In this document: positions 1 through 10,500 of the stretch, piece after piece
How positions within the stretch are numbered: position 1 is the stretch's first letter
Layout of the letters: every line of letters starts with the position of its first letter
DNA from: Brevibacterium luteolum
Lineage (GTDB): Bacteria; Actinomycetota; Actinomycetes; Actinomycetales; Brevibacteriaceae
Length of the DNA stretch: 64,000 nucleotides
Assembly: GCF_013004595.1 (NCBI RefSeq)
Contig: NZ_JABEMC010000001.1
Location: forward strand, 62,001-126,000
Direction of reading: 5' to 3'
Made by a program: the position numbers and the translations under genes
The notes under the pieces: generated by a model
The model's database searches: none
Seen by the model: the letters and a program-made list of their open reading frames with translations, nothing else
What the model was told of the DNA's origin: nothing

Positions 1-1
1 C

Positions 2-439
2 CCGGTCACCCCGGGCGCACCTGCCACCGACGCAAAGTCGGCCTGGAACGTCGTCCGAGACCTGCGCAAGGCCCTCGACAAGGCCGCCGTGCCGAAGCAG
101 GGCCGAGTGTTCGTCGCCAACGCCGAGTTCTCCTCCCTGTTCTTCGAACACGACTCGAAGATCACCAACGCCGACCAGCTCGGCGACACCCAGGGACTGC
201 GCGAGGCATCCATGGGACGCATCCTCGGCTTCGACGGCTACGAGTCCGAGAACGGCCCAACGGTAGACAAGCCGCAGGTCATCGCCTTCCACCGCTCCGC
301 GCTCGCCTTCGTCTCGCAGATCCAGAAGACCGAGGCTATGCGGGCGGAGAAGAAGTTCGCTGACCGTCTGCGCGGACTGCACGTGTACGGCTCGAAGGTC
401 GTCCGCCCGAAGGCCATCGTCTCCTACACGGCAGAGTGA
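2..439 (+). CDS. Major capsid protein, C-terminal part (5' truncated by window edge)
   Basis: Frame is open from base 2; ends ...FHRSALAF...GLHVYGSKVVRPKAIV, typical of P22-coat-like actinophage capsids; sits before head-tail genes. Confidence 0.8.
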   Translation, partial: PVTPGAPATDAKSAWNVVRDLRKALDKAAVPKQGRVFVANAEFSSLFFEHDSKITNADQLGDTQGLREASMGRILGFDGYESENGPTVDKPQVIAFHRSALAFVSQIQKTEAMRAEKKFADRLRGLHVYGSKVVRPKAIVSYTAE

Positions 440-453
440 GGACGGGCAGAACC

Positions 454-903
454 ATGACCTACGTCAAGGGACCCAACGGGACCGTCTTTGACGTGGCTGA
501 GCACGTGGCCTCCGGCCTCATCAACGGAGGCCACGTGAAGCCAGCCACGAAGGACGAGTTCCTGAACGCGAATCCCGGCGCCGAGCCCGCCAAAGACGGT
601 CACCCGACCGACGCCTCGAAGGCTGTCCCGCCGCTGGGCCAGGTCGCCGGCGATCTGCCAAGCGACACGATCGACATCTGGCCACCGGACAAGCGGCGCA
701 CTGCCGCAGACCTGGATGCAGAGCGAGAAGCCGACACCGAGACCGACACCGGCGAAACCGACACCGGTGACACCGAGACGCCGGCCGGCAACGCCTCAAA
801 GGACACCTGGCGCGAGCACGCGCTCACGCTCGGGTTCGCCGAGGAGCAGCTGGACGGTCTCGGCCGAGACGACATCAAGAAGCTCGTCTCCGGAGACGAC
901 TGA
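454..903 (+). CDS. Phage hypothetical protein (capsid-associated position; acidic T/D/E linker)
   Basis: ATG at 454 within ORF 436..903; phage-like codon usage; lies between capsid and adaptor. Confidence 0.7.
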   Translation: MTYVKGPNGTVFDVAEHVASGLINGGHVKPATKDEFLNANPGAEPAKDGHPTDASKAVPPLGQVAGDLPSDTIDIWPPDKRRTAADLDAEREADTETDTGETDTGDTETPAGNASKDTWREHALTLGFAEEQLDGLGRDDIKKLVSGDD

Positions 904-918
904 GAGAGGTGGCATCCG

Positions 919-1512
919 ATGCTCATCACGATCGACGACGTGAAGGCCTGGGGCAACGACATCGATGACGACGAGCTCACGATGATCGAAACGCTCATCG
1001 CCGCCGCATCGGATGCCATCACCTCAGCTGCCGGCTGCCCAATCGCCTACCGAGAGTCCACCGTCCGTGTCATAGGCCTACCCGACCGGCTCCTGGAGCT
1101 GCCCGGCCTGCCGATCGACACCGTCCACGAAGTCCACGTCAACGACACCCTGCTCGACGCCCGCGCCTACGCGGTCGTCTCACAGGGCATCTACCGTAAC
1201 GACGGCTGGTCATGCGGCCACCACCTGCCAGAAATCCACGTCCGCTACTCCCATGGCCTCAAACAAGTCCCAGCAGACGTCAAGGCGCTCGCCGTCGGCA
1301 TGGTGACGGCTGGCCTGCATGAGGTGCGTGAGGGGTCATGGTCGATCCGCAACGGCGGCCTGTCGTCGGTGAGCATTGACGACTACCGGGAGTCCTACGC
1401 CACGACTGGTGAGTCCACGGAGATGGTCACACCGATGAGCCTGCCGTCCCGAACTCGTGCCTGGCTGCGTGCCCGGTTCGGAGGCGGGGCGACGGTCGTG
1501 GGGATGCTGTGA
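919..1512 (+). CDS. Head-to-tail adaptor
   Basis: RBS gagagg; motifs YSHGLKQVPADV and SVSIDDYRESYA; synteny. Confidence 0.75.
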   Translation: MLITIDDVKAWGNDIDDDELTMIETLIAAASDAITSAAGCPIAYRESTVRVIGLPDRLLELPGLPIDTVHEVHVNDTLLDARAYAVVSQGIYRNDGWSCGHHLPEIHVRYSHGLKQVPADVKALAVGMVTAGLHEVREGSWSIRNGGLSSVSIDDYRESYATTGESTEMVTPMSLPSRTRAWLRARFGGGATVVGML

Positions 1513-1934
1513 GCGCCCGTCGTGCGGCTGCAGCACTTATGCGCGGCCGGCGCGCTGCTAAGGCGCTGATGGTCGACCGCTGCACCATCTCCCGCGTCAC
1601 CGGTGAGACCACCGACCGCACCACTGGCAAGGTCGTGCCGCTCACCGAGCAGATCTACCCGAACGAGGACTACCCGGTGGGCTGCTGCAAGCTCACCTCC
1701 TACGAGGGCTACGAGGCCGAGCAGGAGTCTGCTGGCGCAGATATGACCGAGCAGCGCATGTCCATCCACCTGCCGGTCGGATCGGTGCGCGTCAACGTCG
1801 GCGACATCGTCGAGATCACCTACGCCGACCTCGATCCGCTGCTCGTCGGCCGCACGTACCGCATCAGCCAGGAAGCGCCGTTCCGCACGTACAGCACCGC
1901 CTACCGCATCTTCGTCGACTACATCGCTGATTGA
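1509..1934 (+). CDS. Head-to-tail stopper (DUF6093-like)
   Basis: GTGA overlap with upstream stop; LMVDRCTI...TGKV...DPLLVGRTY pattern; synteny. Confidence 0.75.
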   Translation: MSARRAAAALMRGRRAAKALMVDRCTISRVTGETTDRTTGKVVPLTEQIYPNEDYPVGCCKLTSYEGYEAEQESAGADMTEQRMSIHLPVGSVRVNVGDIVEITYADLDPLLVGRTYRISQEAPFRTYSTAYRIFVDYIAD

Positions 1935-1952
1935 GAGAAGAGGGGACGCCTC

Positions 1953-2351
1953 ATGGGTCTGCGCATCGACACCAGTGAAGTGGATCGCCTCGCCAGCGAC
2001 CTCGACGCCCTCCCGCACATCGTCCGCGCCGAGGCAGAGCGCACCATGGACAAGGGCATCCAGAAGATGAAAGAGGCGCTGCAGGAAGATGCCAAGTCCT
2101 CCGAGCACTTCTCGCAGCTCGCCCCGACGATCACCTCCGACAAAGAGTACGGGTGGGGCGGCACCGCCTGGGAGATCGGACCCGACAAAGAGAAGACCAC
2201 CCGCCGCGGCGTGCCTGGAGCGCTCGGCAACATCGCCTACTTCGGTGGAGCGAACGGCGGCGGTGCAAGCCTCGACTTCGTCACCCCGATCAACTCCGAG
2301 ATCGCCGTGATCGAGGACCGGCTGGCGAAGATCCTCGGGGAGCAGCTATGA
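1953..2351 (+). CDS. Neck/tail-completion protein (HK97 gp10-like position)
   Basis: EIGPDK...GALGNIAYFG motif; synteny. Confidence 0.65.
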   Translation: MGLRIDTSEVDRLASDLDALPHIVRAEAERTMDKGIQKMKEALQEDAKSSEHFSQLAPTITSDKEYGWGGTAWEIGPDKEKTTRRGVPGALGNIAYFGGANGGGASLDFVTPINSEIAVIEDRLAKILGEQL

Positions 2352-2776
2352 GCTCCGCCCTCGTCCTCGCCGACGCCATCGAGCAGATGCTGCCCGACGA
2401 CCTGAACCTGTTCACCGCCGCAGTCAAGCTCGGAGAGCGCGGCCAGACCGCAGAGGCCGCCCTGCCGTGGGTGGTCGTCATCGCCCACCTGCCAGTCCCT
2501 GCCACCCGCAGCCTCGCAGGCCGCCGACACGCCTCCACAGCCACGGTCACGATGACGATCGCAGGCATGACCCCGAACTCGGTGCGGGTCATCTGCGACC
2601 GCGTCATCCCCGCCATCGAGCACCAGCGGCCAGCCGCCGCCGGATGGAACACCGGCCGGATGCGGCTCATCAACGCCCGACCCATCAGCGAGGACCCCGA
2701 CATCACCCTGACCGGCACCAACCGGAAGGTCGTCTACACCGTCCTCGAATGGGAGCTCACCGTCGCCGAAGCCTAG
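2348..2776 (+). CDS. Tail terminator protein
   Basis: ATGA overlap at 2348 (MSSALVLADA...); LPWVVV motif; precedes the major tail gene. Confidence 0.65.
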   Translation: MSSALVLADAIEQMLPDDLNLFTAAVKLGERGQTAEAALPWVVVIAHLPVPATRSLAGRRHASTATVTMTIAGMTPNSVRVICDRVIPAIEHQRPAAAGWNTGRMRLINARPISEDPDITLTGTNRKVVYTVLEWELTVAEA

Positions 2777-2787
2777 GAAGGACCGTC

Positions 2788-3066
2788 ATGCCCACCTATG
2801 TCCGCGTCAAGGACACCGACACCAAACACGAGTTCGACGTGCTGGAGACCCACCCGCAGATCGGGGACAACCTCCAGCTCATCAAGTCCGACCGATACCC
2901 ACCGGCCCGCTCGCCGCGTGCTCCGAAGCACCACGTGAAGCGCGCCCGGTCTACCCAGCAGGAGTCACCCGAGAACGTCCCGAGTGCAGATGCCTCGGGC
3001 GAGAGCCCATCCCGTCCGGCTGGGCGCAACACGAAGAAGGAAGAAGGAGAAGAGTCCCATGACTGA
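2788..3066 (+). CDS. Small phage hypothetical protein
   Basis: RBS aggaagga then ATG 2788 (MPTYVRVKDTDTKHEFDV); overlaps the start of the major tail gene. Confidence 0.65.
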   Translation: MPTYVRVKDTDTKHEFDVLETHPQIGDNLQLIKSDRYPPARSPRAPKHHVKRARSTQQESPENVPSADASGESPSRPAGRNTKKEEGEESHD

Positions 3067-3559
3067 AATCCCGTCAACGCCAGCCGACGGCAACATCAAG
3101 ATCGTCTGGGTTCCGGCACTGGCAGACCCGTCTGCCCCTACCGTCGAGGAGCTGACTGCTGAGTCGGCACTCGACATCAGCTGCTACCTCACCGGTGACG
3201 GCTGGAACCCGACCAAGGAACAGGCCACGATCCCGGATCCCCGCGTGTGCTCGCGGCAGGAGTTCGGCAAGCCCGGCCGCAAGACCCCGGGACTGTCGAT
3301 CACCGTGATCGACAACACCAACACCGAGGACCCGAACAAGGCGGTCGAGACGCTGAAGGAGCACGCCCGCGGCTACTTCGTTGAGCGCCGCGGCATCGCC
3401 TTCGAGGACGAGTTCGCGGCCGGTCAGGTCGTCTCTGTCTTCCCGGCAGTCTCGGGCGAGAAGCAGCCCCTGGCACCGGAAGCGAATTCCGTGATCCGCT
3501 CGACGATCCCGCAGTTCATGTTCGCCGAGGTCAAGACCGACGTCGCAGTGGCTGCCTGA
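3059..3559 (+). CDS. Major tail (tube) protein
   Basis: MTEIPSTPADGNIKIVWVPALADPSAPTVEEL...DISCYLT motif of actinophage tail tube proteins; RBS aaggag. Confidence 0.85.
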   Translation: MTEIPSTPADGNIKIVWVPALADPSAPTVEELTAESALDISCYLTGDGWNPTKEQATIPDPRVCSRQEFGKPGRKTPGLSITVIDNTNTEDPNKAVETLKEHARGYFVERRGIAFEDEFAAGQVVSVFPAVSGEKQPLAPEANSVIRSTIPQFMFAEVKTDVAVAA

Positions 3560-3644
3560 CCCATGATCCGCCCGGCCCCGCGCGTGACTCCTGTCGCGGG
3601 GCCGGGCTCTCACCGCTATCAGGAGTCAGAAACAGGAGCACATC

Positions 3645-4175
3645 ATGTCCAAGCTGGGAATCAAGCGCGCCACAACGACTGTCGATCTGGTCACTGACCT
3701 CGACCTGCTCGCCGAGTACGAAGCCGCGGAGGAGCATCTCGAACGCCTCGGCAAAGAGGCGCGACCCGACCGCCTGAACTCCTCACCGGAGATCAAGAAG
3801 GCGGCTAAGGAGGTCCAGCGCCTCGAAAAGGCGATGGCAGACTCAGTCGTCTCGTTCAAGCTGCGCGCACTCAAGAAACCCGATTTCGCAAAGCTCGAAG
3901 AGGAGCACCCGCCCCGTGACGACAACGACATCGACAAGTCCTTCGGCGTCAACATCGACACGTTCCTCGACGCCGCGATGCCGTCCTCGGTCGTCGAGGC
4001 GACCTGGAAAGAATCCGGGAAGAAGGCCGAATTCACCGGCTCCGACTGGCCGGAGATCGCCGAGGACATCACCAACGGTCAGCACGCGGAGTTCACGGCC
4101 GCGATCCTGCGGATCAACCGCGGAGCCACCACCGTCCCTTTTTCACGAAGCGCCTCCATCGTGACCCGGGGCTGA
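3645..4175 (+). CDS. Tail assembly chaperone (G)
   Basis: Between major tail and tape measure genes; RBS aggag; slippery C CCT TTT near the 3' end. Confidence 0.85.
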   Translation: MSKLGIKRATTTVDLVTDLDLLAEYEAAEEHLERLGKEARPDRLNSSPEIKKAAKEVQRLEKAMADSVVSFKLRALKKPDFAKLEEEHPPRDDNDIDKSFGVNIDTFLDAAMPSSVVEATWKESGKKAEFTGSDWPEIAEDITNGQHAEFTAAILRINRGATTVPFSRSASIVTRG

Positions 4176-4531
4176 GAGCCGACGTCGAGACCGCCCAACG
4201 TCTCGGCATCAGCCTCAAACGGTTCTACGGATGGGAGCCAACCACCCGCTACGAGTACGACGCGGATGGCAGGCTCCTCTCGTCCACACCCGAACAGGAG
4301 TGGGACGAGACGCAGCGAGCCTGGATGCTCTCCCTGGCCGAGTACCGGGCGAGCCTCTGCCCGATCTGCGGCTACAGCAAGGACATCTGCCACGCCGCCG
4401 AGAACGAAAACCGCTTCGACGTCCCACCCCCGGCACGCTGCCACGCCTCGACCGCGATCAGGCGCGCTCGCGAAAACGCCGAATACGAACACCCTGACTG
4501 CCTGACCTGGTCGACAGTCCTCAAACCCTAG
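4136..4531 (+). CDS. Tail assembly chaperone GT extension (-1 frameshift frame)
   Basis: -1 frame is open from the slippery heptamer 4136-4142 to the stop at 4531 (FTKRLHRDPGLRADVETAQRLGISLKRFYGWEP...CPICG...RCHA). Confidence 0.8.
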   Translation, partial: PFFTKRLHRDPGLRADVETAQRLGISLKRFYGWEPTTRYEYDADGRLLSSTPEQEWDETQRAWMLSLAEYRASLCPICGYSKDICHAAENENRFDVPPPARCHASTAIRRARENAEYEHPDCLTWSTVLKP

Positions 4532-4545
4532 AAAGGAGGTGAGCT

Positions 4546-7500
4546 ATGGCTGACCGTACAGTGGCCTATCGCATGCTCCTCGACGCCACCGGCGTGGCAA
4601 CAGGCGCGAAGGTCGCACGCAACGCCCTCCAGGGCATCCACCGCGACGGCATCGCACCGGTGCAGAAGCACCTCACAGCCCTGGAACGGTCAGCCAGAGC
4701 TCACCCCGAAGCCTGGCAGCACGCCGGCCGCGCCGCCACGATATTCGGCACCGGCGTCGCTGTCTCCCTCGGCATGGCGACCAAAGCCGCCATGTCGTGG
4801 CAGTCCGACTGGGCTGGCGTCACCAAGACCGTCGAGGGCACCACCGCGCAGATGGACGGCCTGCAGCAAGGCCTCCGCGACCTCGCCGCCACAACCCTGC
4901 CTGCCACACACACCGAGATCGCCGGCGTCGCCGAGGCAGCAGGCCAGCTCGGCATCAAGACCCAGAACGTCCTGCAGTTCACCAAGACGATCATCGACCT
5001 CGGGGAGGCCACCAACCTCACTGCCGAGCAGGGCGGCACCCAGCTCGCACGATTCATGAACATCATGGGCACCAGCCAGTCGAAGGTGAACAACCTCGGC
5101 AGCGCAGTCGTCGGCCTCGGCAACAACTTCGCCACCACCGAGTCCGAGATCATGGACATGTCGATGCGCATCGCCTCGGCAGGCCGCCAAGCCGGCATGA
5201 CCGAAGGCGACGTCCTCGGCCTGGCCACCGCCCTCTCATCCGTCGGCATCGAAGCCGAAGCCGGCGGCACCGCCGCATCCATGGTCATCAAAAAGATGGG
5301 CCTGGAAGTCGACCGCGGCGGCGACAAACTCGACCTGTTCGCCAAGACCGCCGGCATGTCCACCACCGACTTCGCGAAAGCGTTCAAGGGAGACGCCGCC
5401 GGCGCGCTCGCCACCTTCGTTGAAGGCCTCGGCAAAGCCCAGGCCGAGGGCGAGAACGTCAACGTCACCCTCAGCGAGCTCGGCATCAAGGGGATCCGCG
5501 AATCAAACGCGATCCTCTCCCTGGCCGCCGCCTCCGATGTCATGAAGAACGCCTTGGCGACCGGCAACACCGAGTACATCAAGGCCTCCGCGCTCGCCGA
5601 GGAAGCCTCGCAGCGGTATGAGACCGCCGAGTCCCGGGCGAAGATCGCGTTGAACTCGATTAAGGACGCCAGCATTGATTTCGGGCAGGCTGTGCTGCCG
5701 GCGTTCGCTGCTGGCGCGGACGCTGTCACCGGTCTCATGACCAGGATCCGTGAGCTGCCGCAGCCGCTCAAGGAGGCCACGGTCGGTTTCGCCGGCATCG
5801 CAGGCGCGGCCAGCCTCGCTGCTGGCGGGTTCCTGACCATCGCGCCGAAGGTGTTCGACGTTGTCGACGGCTTCAAGACCCTCAACGCGACCCACCCGCG
5901 CCTCGCTGGTGGATTGACAACGCTCGGCAAAGCTGCAGGCCTGGCCACGGTCGGCCTGCTGACAGCCAGGGGAGCAGCTGCAGCACTGAACTCGGTCATC
6001 GACACCTCGTCACGGTCGACGTCGGAGATGACGTCTGCGATCGCTGAGCTGCAGAACAAGGCCTCCGGTGACGTCAAGAACACCGTCCTCGATCCCGCGT
6101 TGTGGGAGGAAGCGAACTCCTTCTGGAATCGCGGTATCGGCACGAAGGAGATCGAGGATTGGGGTGACGCACTCGACCGGGTGAACATGGCCGGCGCGGG
6201 CATGCAGCAGTGGCTCGACGGTGTGGCCGGCACTCGCTCAGATGTGACGATCATCGGCGAGACGATCGCCTCGACCGATGAGGCGTTGCGCGACCTCGCC
6301 TCTGGTGGTGCGATGGAATCTGCGGCTGACGGGTTCACCGCGATCCGCGACTCAGCCGAGGACATGACCGACGCTGAGGTCCTCGAACAGTTCCCGAAGT
6401 ACAAGGACTATCTCCGCGAGATCGCTGGTGCTGCCGGCCTGGCGACGGATGACGCGGTGCTGCTTGCGATCGCGACTGGCCGGATCACCGAGGAGATGCT
6501 GGAGGCCAACCCCACCACCGCCGAGGGTGTCGACAAGCTCAAAGACCTCGGCGTCGAGGCGAAGACCACCGAGGAGAAGATCGCGGATCTCGCCGACGAA
6601 ATCCGCACCTTCGGCCAGGCCACCCTCGACACCCGCGCCGCCTCCCGCGAGTGGGAGCAGTCCCTCGACGATGCCCGCGAGGCCCTGAAGAAGAACGGGA
6701 AGACTCTCGACGACACGACCCAGAAGGGCCGCGACAACGCCGAGGCGCTCGACCGGGTCGCCCGGGCCGGCGCCGACCGTGCCGCCTCGATTTACGAGGA
6801 GACGCAGTCCGAGGAGGAGCTGCAGAAAGCCCTCGACCAGTCGCGTGAAGACCTGATCAAGACCGCCCGCTCCTTCGGCATGAGTGAAGACGCGGCCAAG
6901 GACTACGCCGACCGCGTCCTGATGACACCTGACGAGGTCAAGACTGAGGTCAAGGTCCAGAAGGAGCAGGCGAAAAAGGATCTCGACTCGATCGTCAAGG
7001 ACCTCAAGGACACCGACGGCGAGTCCGCGACGCTATGGGTGCGGATCAAGAAGTGGTTCCAGGGTGAAGCCGACGGGTCCAACGCCAAGAAGCGCCGCGC
7101 CCGAGCCGGCCGAGATGGCGCCGGCGTCGGCGGCCGCGCCTACGGCGGCATCGACGTCAAAGCCATGGCCGCCGGCGGCACACTCGACCCGATCGCGCAG
7201 GTCGTTCCACCGAACACGTGGAGGATCGTAGGCGACCGCCTCGACGTGCCCGAGGCGTTCATCCCGATCGACGGCTCTCGCCGCTCGTGGAAGATCCTCA
7301 CCGAGACCATCTCCCGCATGCCCGGCGCCCTCCCCATGGCCTCCGGTGCCGTCGTCTCCGGCAGCAAGGACGACGAGCAGCGCCGCAAGGCCGAGCAGGA
7401 ACGCAAACGCCGCGAAGACGAAGCCAAACGCCGCCGAGAGGAGGCGGCCGCCCGCCGCGCCCGCGTCGCTGACATGCGCCGCGAACTGCGCACAGACCTC

Positions 7501-10500
7501 CGCCGCGGCGACCTCCGCGACCAGACCACACGCGGCCTCTCCGGCGCCTACTCCACAGTCGACCGGATGCTCTCACTGTCCCGCAACGAGGACCTCAGCC
7601 GCGGCACCCGCGCTCGCCTCGCCCGCGACGCCTCCGGCTACGAGTCCTCACTGCGTCGCCTCTACGGGCAGCTGGAGAAGCTGGAGAAGCGCGCCGAGAA
7701 CGCACAGAAGAAACTCGACGAGCTCAAACAGATCCAGGACTCCGTCGCATCCTCGATCGGCAGGTCGGCGTACTCGCTTGATGTGACGTCGCAGTGGTCA
7801 CAGACCCGGGCGGGTGTGTGGGAGCAGACGCAGGGCGTCTCGGGTGTGCGGAAGAACGCAGCCCAGGCGGCAGCCCGGGTTCGGGACCTGTCCGGCAAGC
7901 TGAACCGGCTGCAGAAGATGGGCTACTCCGGTGCGATCTTGCAGGAAGTCGCCCAGGCCGGCTCGATCGACGAGTCCCTGCAGATGGCTGATGAACTGCT
8001 TAAGGGCACCAGCAGCGATGTGAAGTCGATCAACCGGTCATATGCCGACATCGACAAGCACGCGCGCCAGGCCGGCAAATACGTCACGCACGGCTTCTAC
8101 AAGGGCGGCGTCGATGCCGCCGCCGGCCTCGTCAAGGGCCTGGAGTCACAGCAGAAGCAGGTCGAGAAGACCATCCTCAAGATCGCTAAGTCGATGGAGT
8201 CCTCGCTCAAACGCGCCCTCGGCATCCGCTCACCATCAAAGAAAACTGAGTGGATCGGAGAGCAGACAGCCGAGGGCTTCATCGGCGGCATCCTCGGCAA
8301 GCTCGACACCATCCGGGCCGCAGCCGAGATGATGGGCGCAGCAGCAATCCCACAGATCACCACGACCCCGAGCACAGCCCGTGACGCCTCAGACACCGCC
8401 CTGACCGCACCTCCTGCGCTCGCCTCAGCGGCGGCTTCGGTTCCGGCCGGTGCGTCCGGTGAGGTGCCAGGGGTGGATGAGCTCCCGGCGCTGACGTCTG
8501 AGGCGTATGCGGGTATGGATGCCACCGCTGAGGAGTCGCTGGTGTTCCGGCAGGAGATCACCGCGTCGTCCTATCAGGGGATGCAGGATTCGACGGCGTC
8601 GGCGCTTGCGTCGATGCGCTTGACACAGTTGGCTGAGCATGAGGCGATGACAGCCGATCAGCAGGCGACGATGCAGCTGCTCACGCGCATCTCTGCAGAC
8701 GGATTCACCACGATCGACCGGCAGGGCCGGGAGAAGACCCACGAACTGCATAAGGGCGTGGGCCGGTCGATGCGCGATCTCCGCTCGGACTACGGCGAAC
8801 AGCTGGGTCAGACACGCCGCTCCTCGCACGAGGGATTCACCAGTATCGACCGTCAGGGTCGGGAGAAGACCCACGAACTGCATAAGGGCGTGGGCCGGTC
8901 GATGCGTGATCTCCGCTCGGACTACGGCGAGCAGCTGGGTCAGACACGCCGCGCCTCGCACGAGGGATTCGAGACGATCCGCCGGGCCGGGGTTTCCTCG
9001 ATTGCTGGCATGCGTGCCGGTGTCCGCGACGAGCTCGGGAAGATGCCCGGCCATGTCGCCTCCACGATGAATCGCTCGATCTCGGTGCTCAACGACTTCC
9101 GCCGTGAGGTCAACGATGCATTCGGTGACGTCGGCGTGAAACTGCCGGCAGTCAAACGGGTCAAGGGCTACGCCGGCGGTGGTGTCATTCCCGGCTACTC
9201 GACTCACCTGCAGGGTGACGATCAGCTGATCAAGGCTCGCGCCGGTGAGGGCATCTACGTCTCCGAGGCGATGCGTGACCCGTATGAGCGCAAGCGCTTG
9301 GAGACCGTGAACAAGGCCGCTTTGCGTGGCGAGAACCTCGCAAAGTTCCGTGATCTGCCGTTCGAGGCTTTCGCTACTGGCGGCATCGTGAAGAACACGC
9401 AGGGACTCATCCGGCTCGGTCACGTGCTGCGCAGCATTGGTGTCCGCGTCTCCGAGGGCCCGCCGCCGTTCGGACCGATCCACCGCGTGCACGCTAGGAA
9501 CTCGTGGCACTACCGCAACGGCGCGCTCGACCTCAACACGGCCCCAGGTAAGTCGGCGAAGGAGATGCGCGACTTCGACCGCATCATGCCGATCCTCCAC
9601 GCACTCGGTTGGGGCGTCATCTGGCGCTACCCGAACCACTACGGACACGCCCATGTCGACATCGGCAACCGGAGCCTCGGATCGTTCAACCGCAACGTCA
9701 AGCCCTCGGGTGATCTGTGGGAGAAGCTCAAGGGGCTTCGGGTCGGGCCACCGCAGGGCGGTGGCGAGGGCGGCACCTACGGCATGTCGCATCCGCTGCT
9801 CGATCGCGCCGGCATATCCCCGTCAGGCAATTTGGAGCGCGACTACGAGAAGGCTGCCCGGAAGATCATGGCCGGCATCGTGAAGAAGCACGCCGGGCGT
9901 CTATCCGACAACGAATTCGCTTCTGATCTTGTCGGCGGGATCATGCGCACCGCCGAGACCGGGATCGTTGCCAAGGCCAAGGCCCACGGCAAGGAGATGG
10001 GCACGTACACCGACCCTGGCGGTGCCGGTGTGGAGCGGTGGCGCGACACCGTCATCAAGGCCTTGCAGATCGCAGGTCTCCCCACCTCCGACGACTACGT
10101 CAACGCCTGGCTACGGCAGATCAAGACCGAGTCCGGCGGCAACCCCCGCGCGGTCCAGGGCAACATCGGCGACGTCAACAACCGCTCCGGCGACCTCGCC
10201 CACGGCCTCGTCCAGGTCATCGGCTCCACCTTCCGCGCCTTCCGCGACAAGAGTCTGCCCAACGACCGGTTCCACCCACTCGCCAACCTCGTTGCCGGCA
10301 TGAACTGGGCAAAATTCAAGGCCTCCCGCCGCGGCCGCTCCATGCTCTCGTTCATCGGCCGCGGCCACGGCTACGCCGAGGGCACCGACTCCGCGCTGCC
10401 TGGCTGGAAGTGGGTCGGCGAAGAGGGACCCGAGCTCATGCGGTTCAAGGGTGGCGAGCAGGTCATCCCGTCCAAGGTCTCCCACCAGATCGAGAACCAG

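Noticed and set aside
733..780. Short gacaccg repeats in the post-capsid gene
   Set aside because: Encode an acidic T/D/E/G linker; no sign of phase variation
4701..9792. Long antisense ORFs (e.g. 4701..6404, 8425..9792) and similar ones elsewhere in the window
   Set aside because: Shadow frames expected from high-GC codon bias opposite real genes; no motifs
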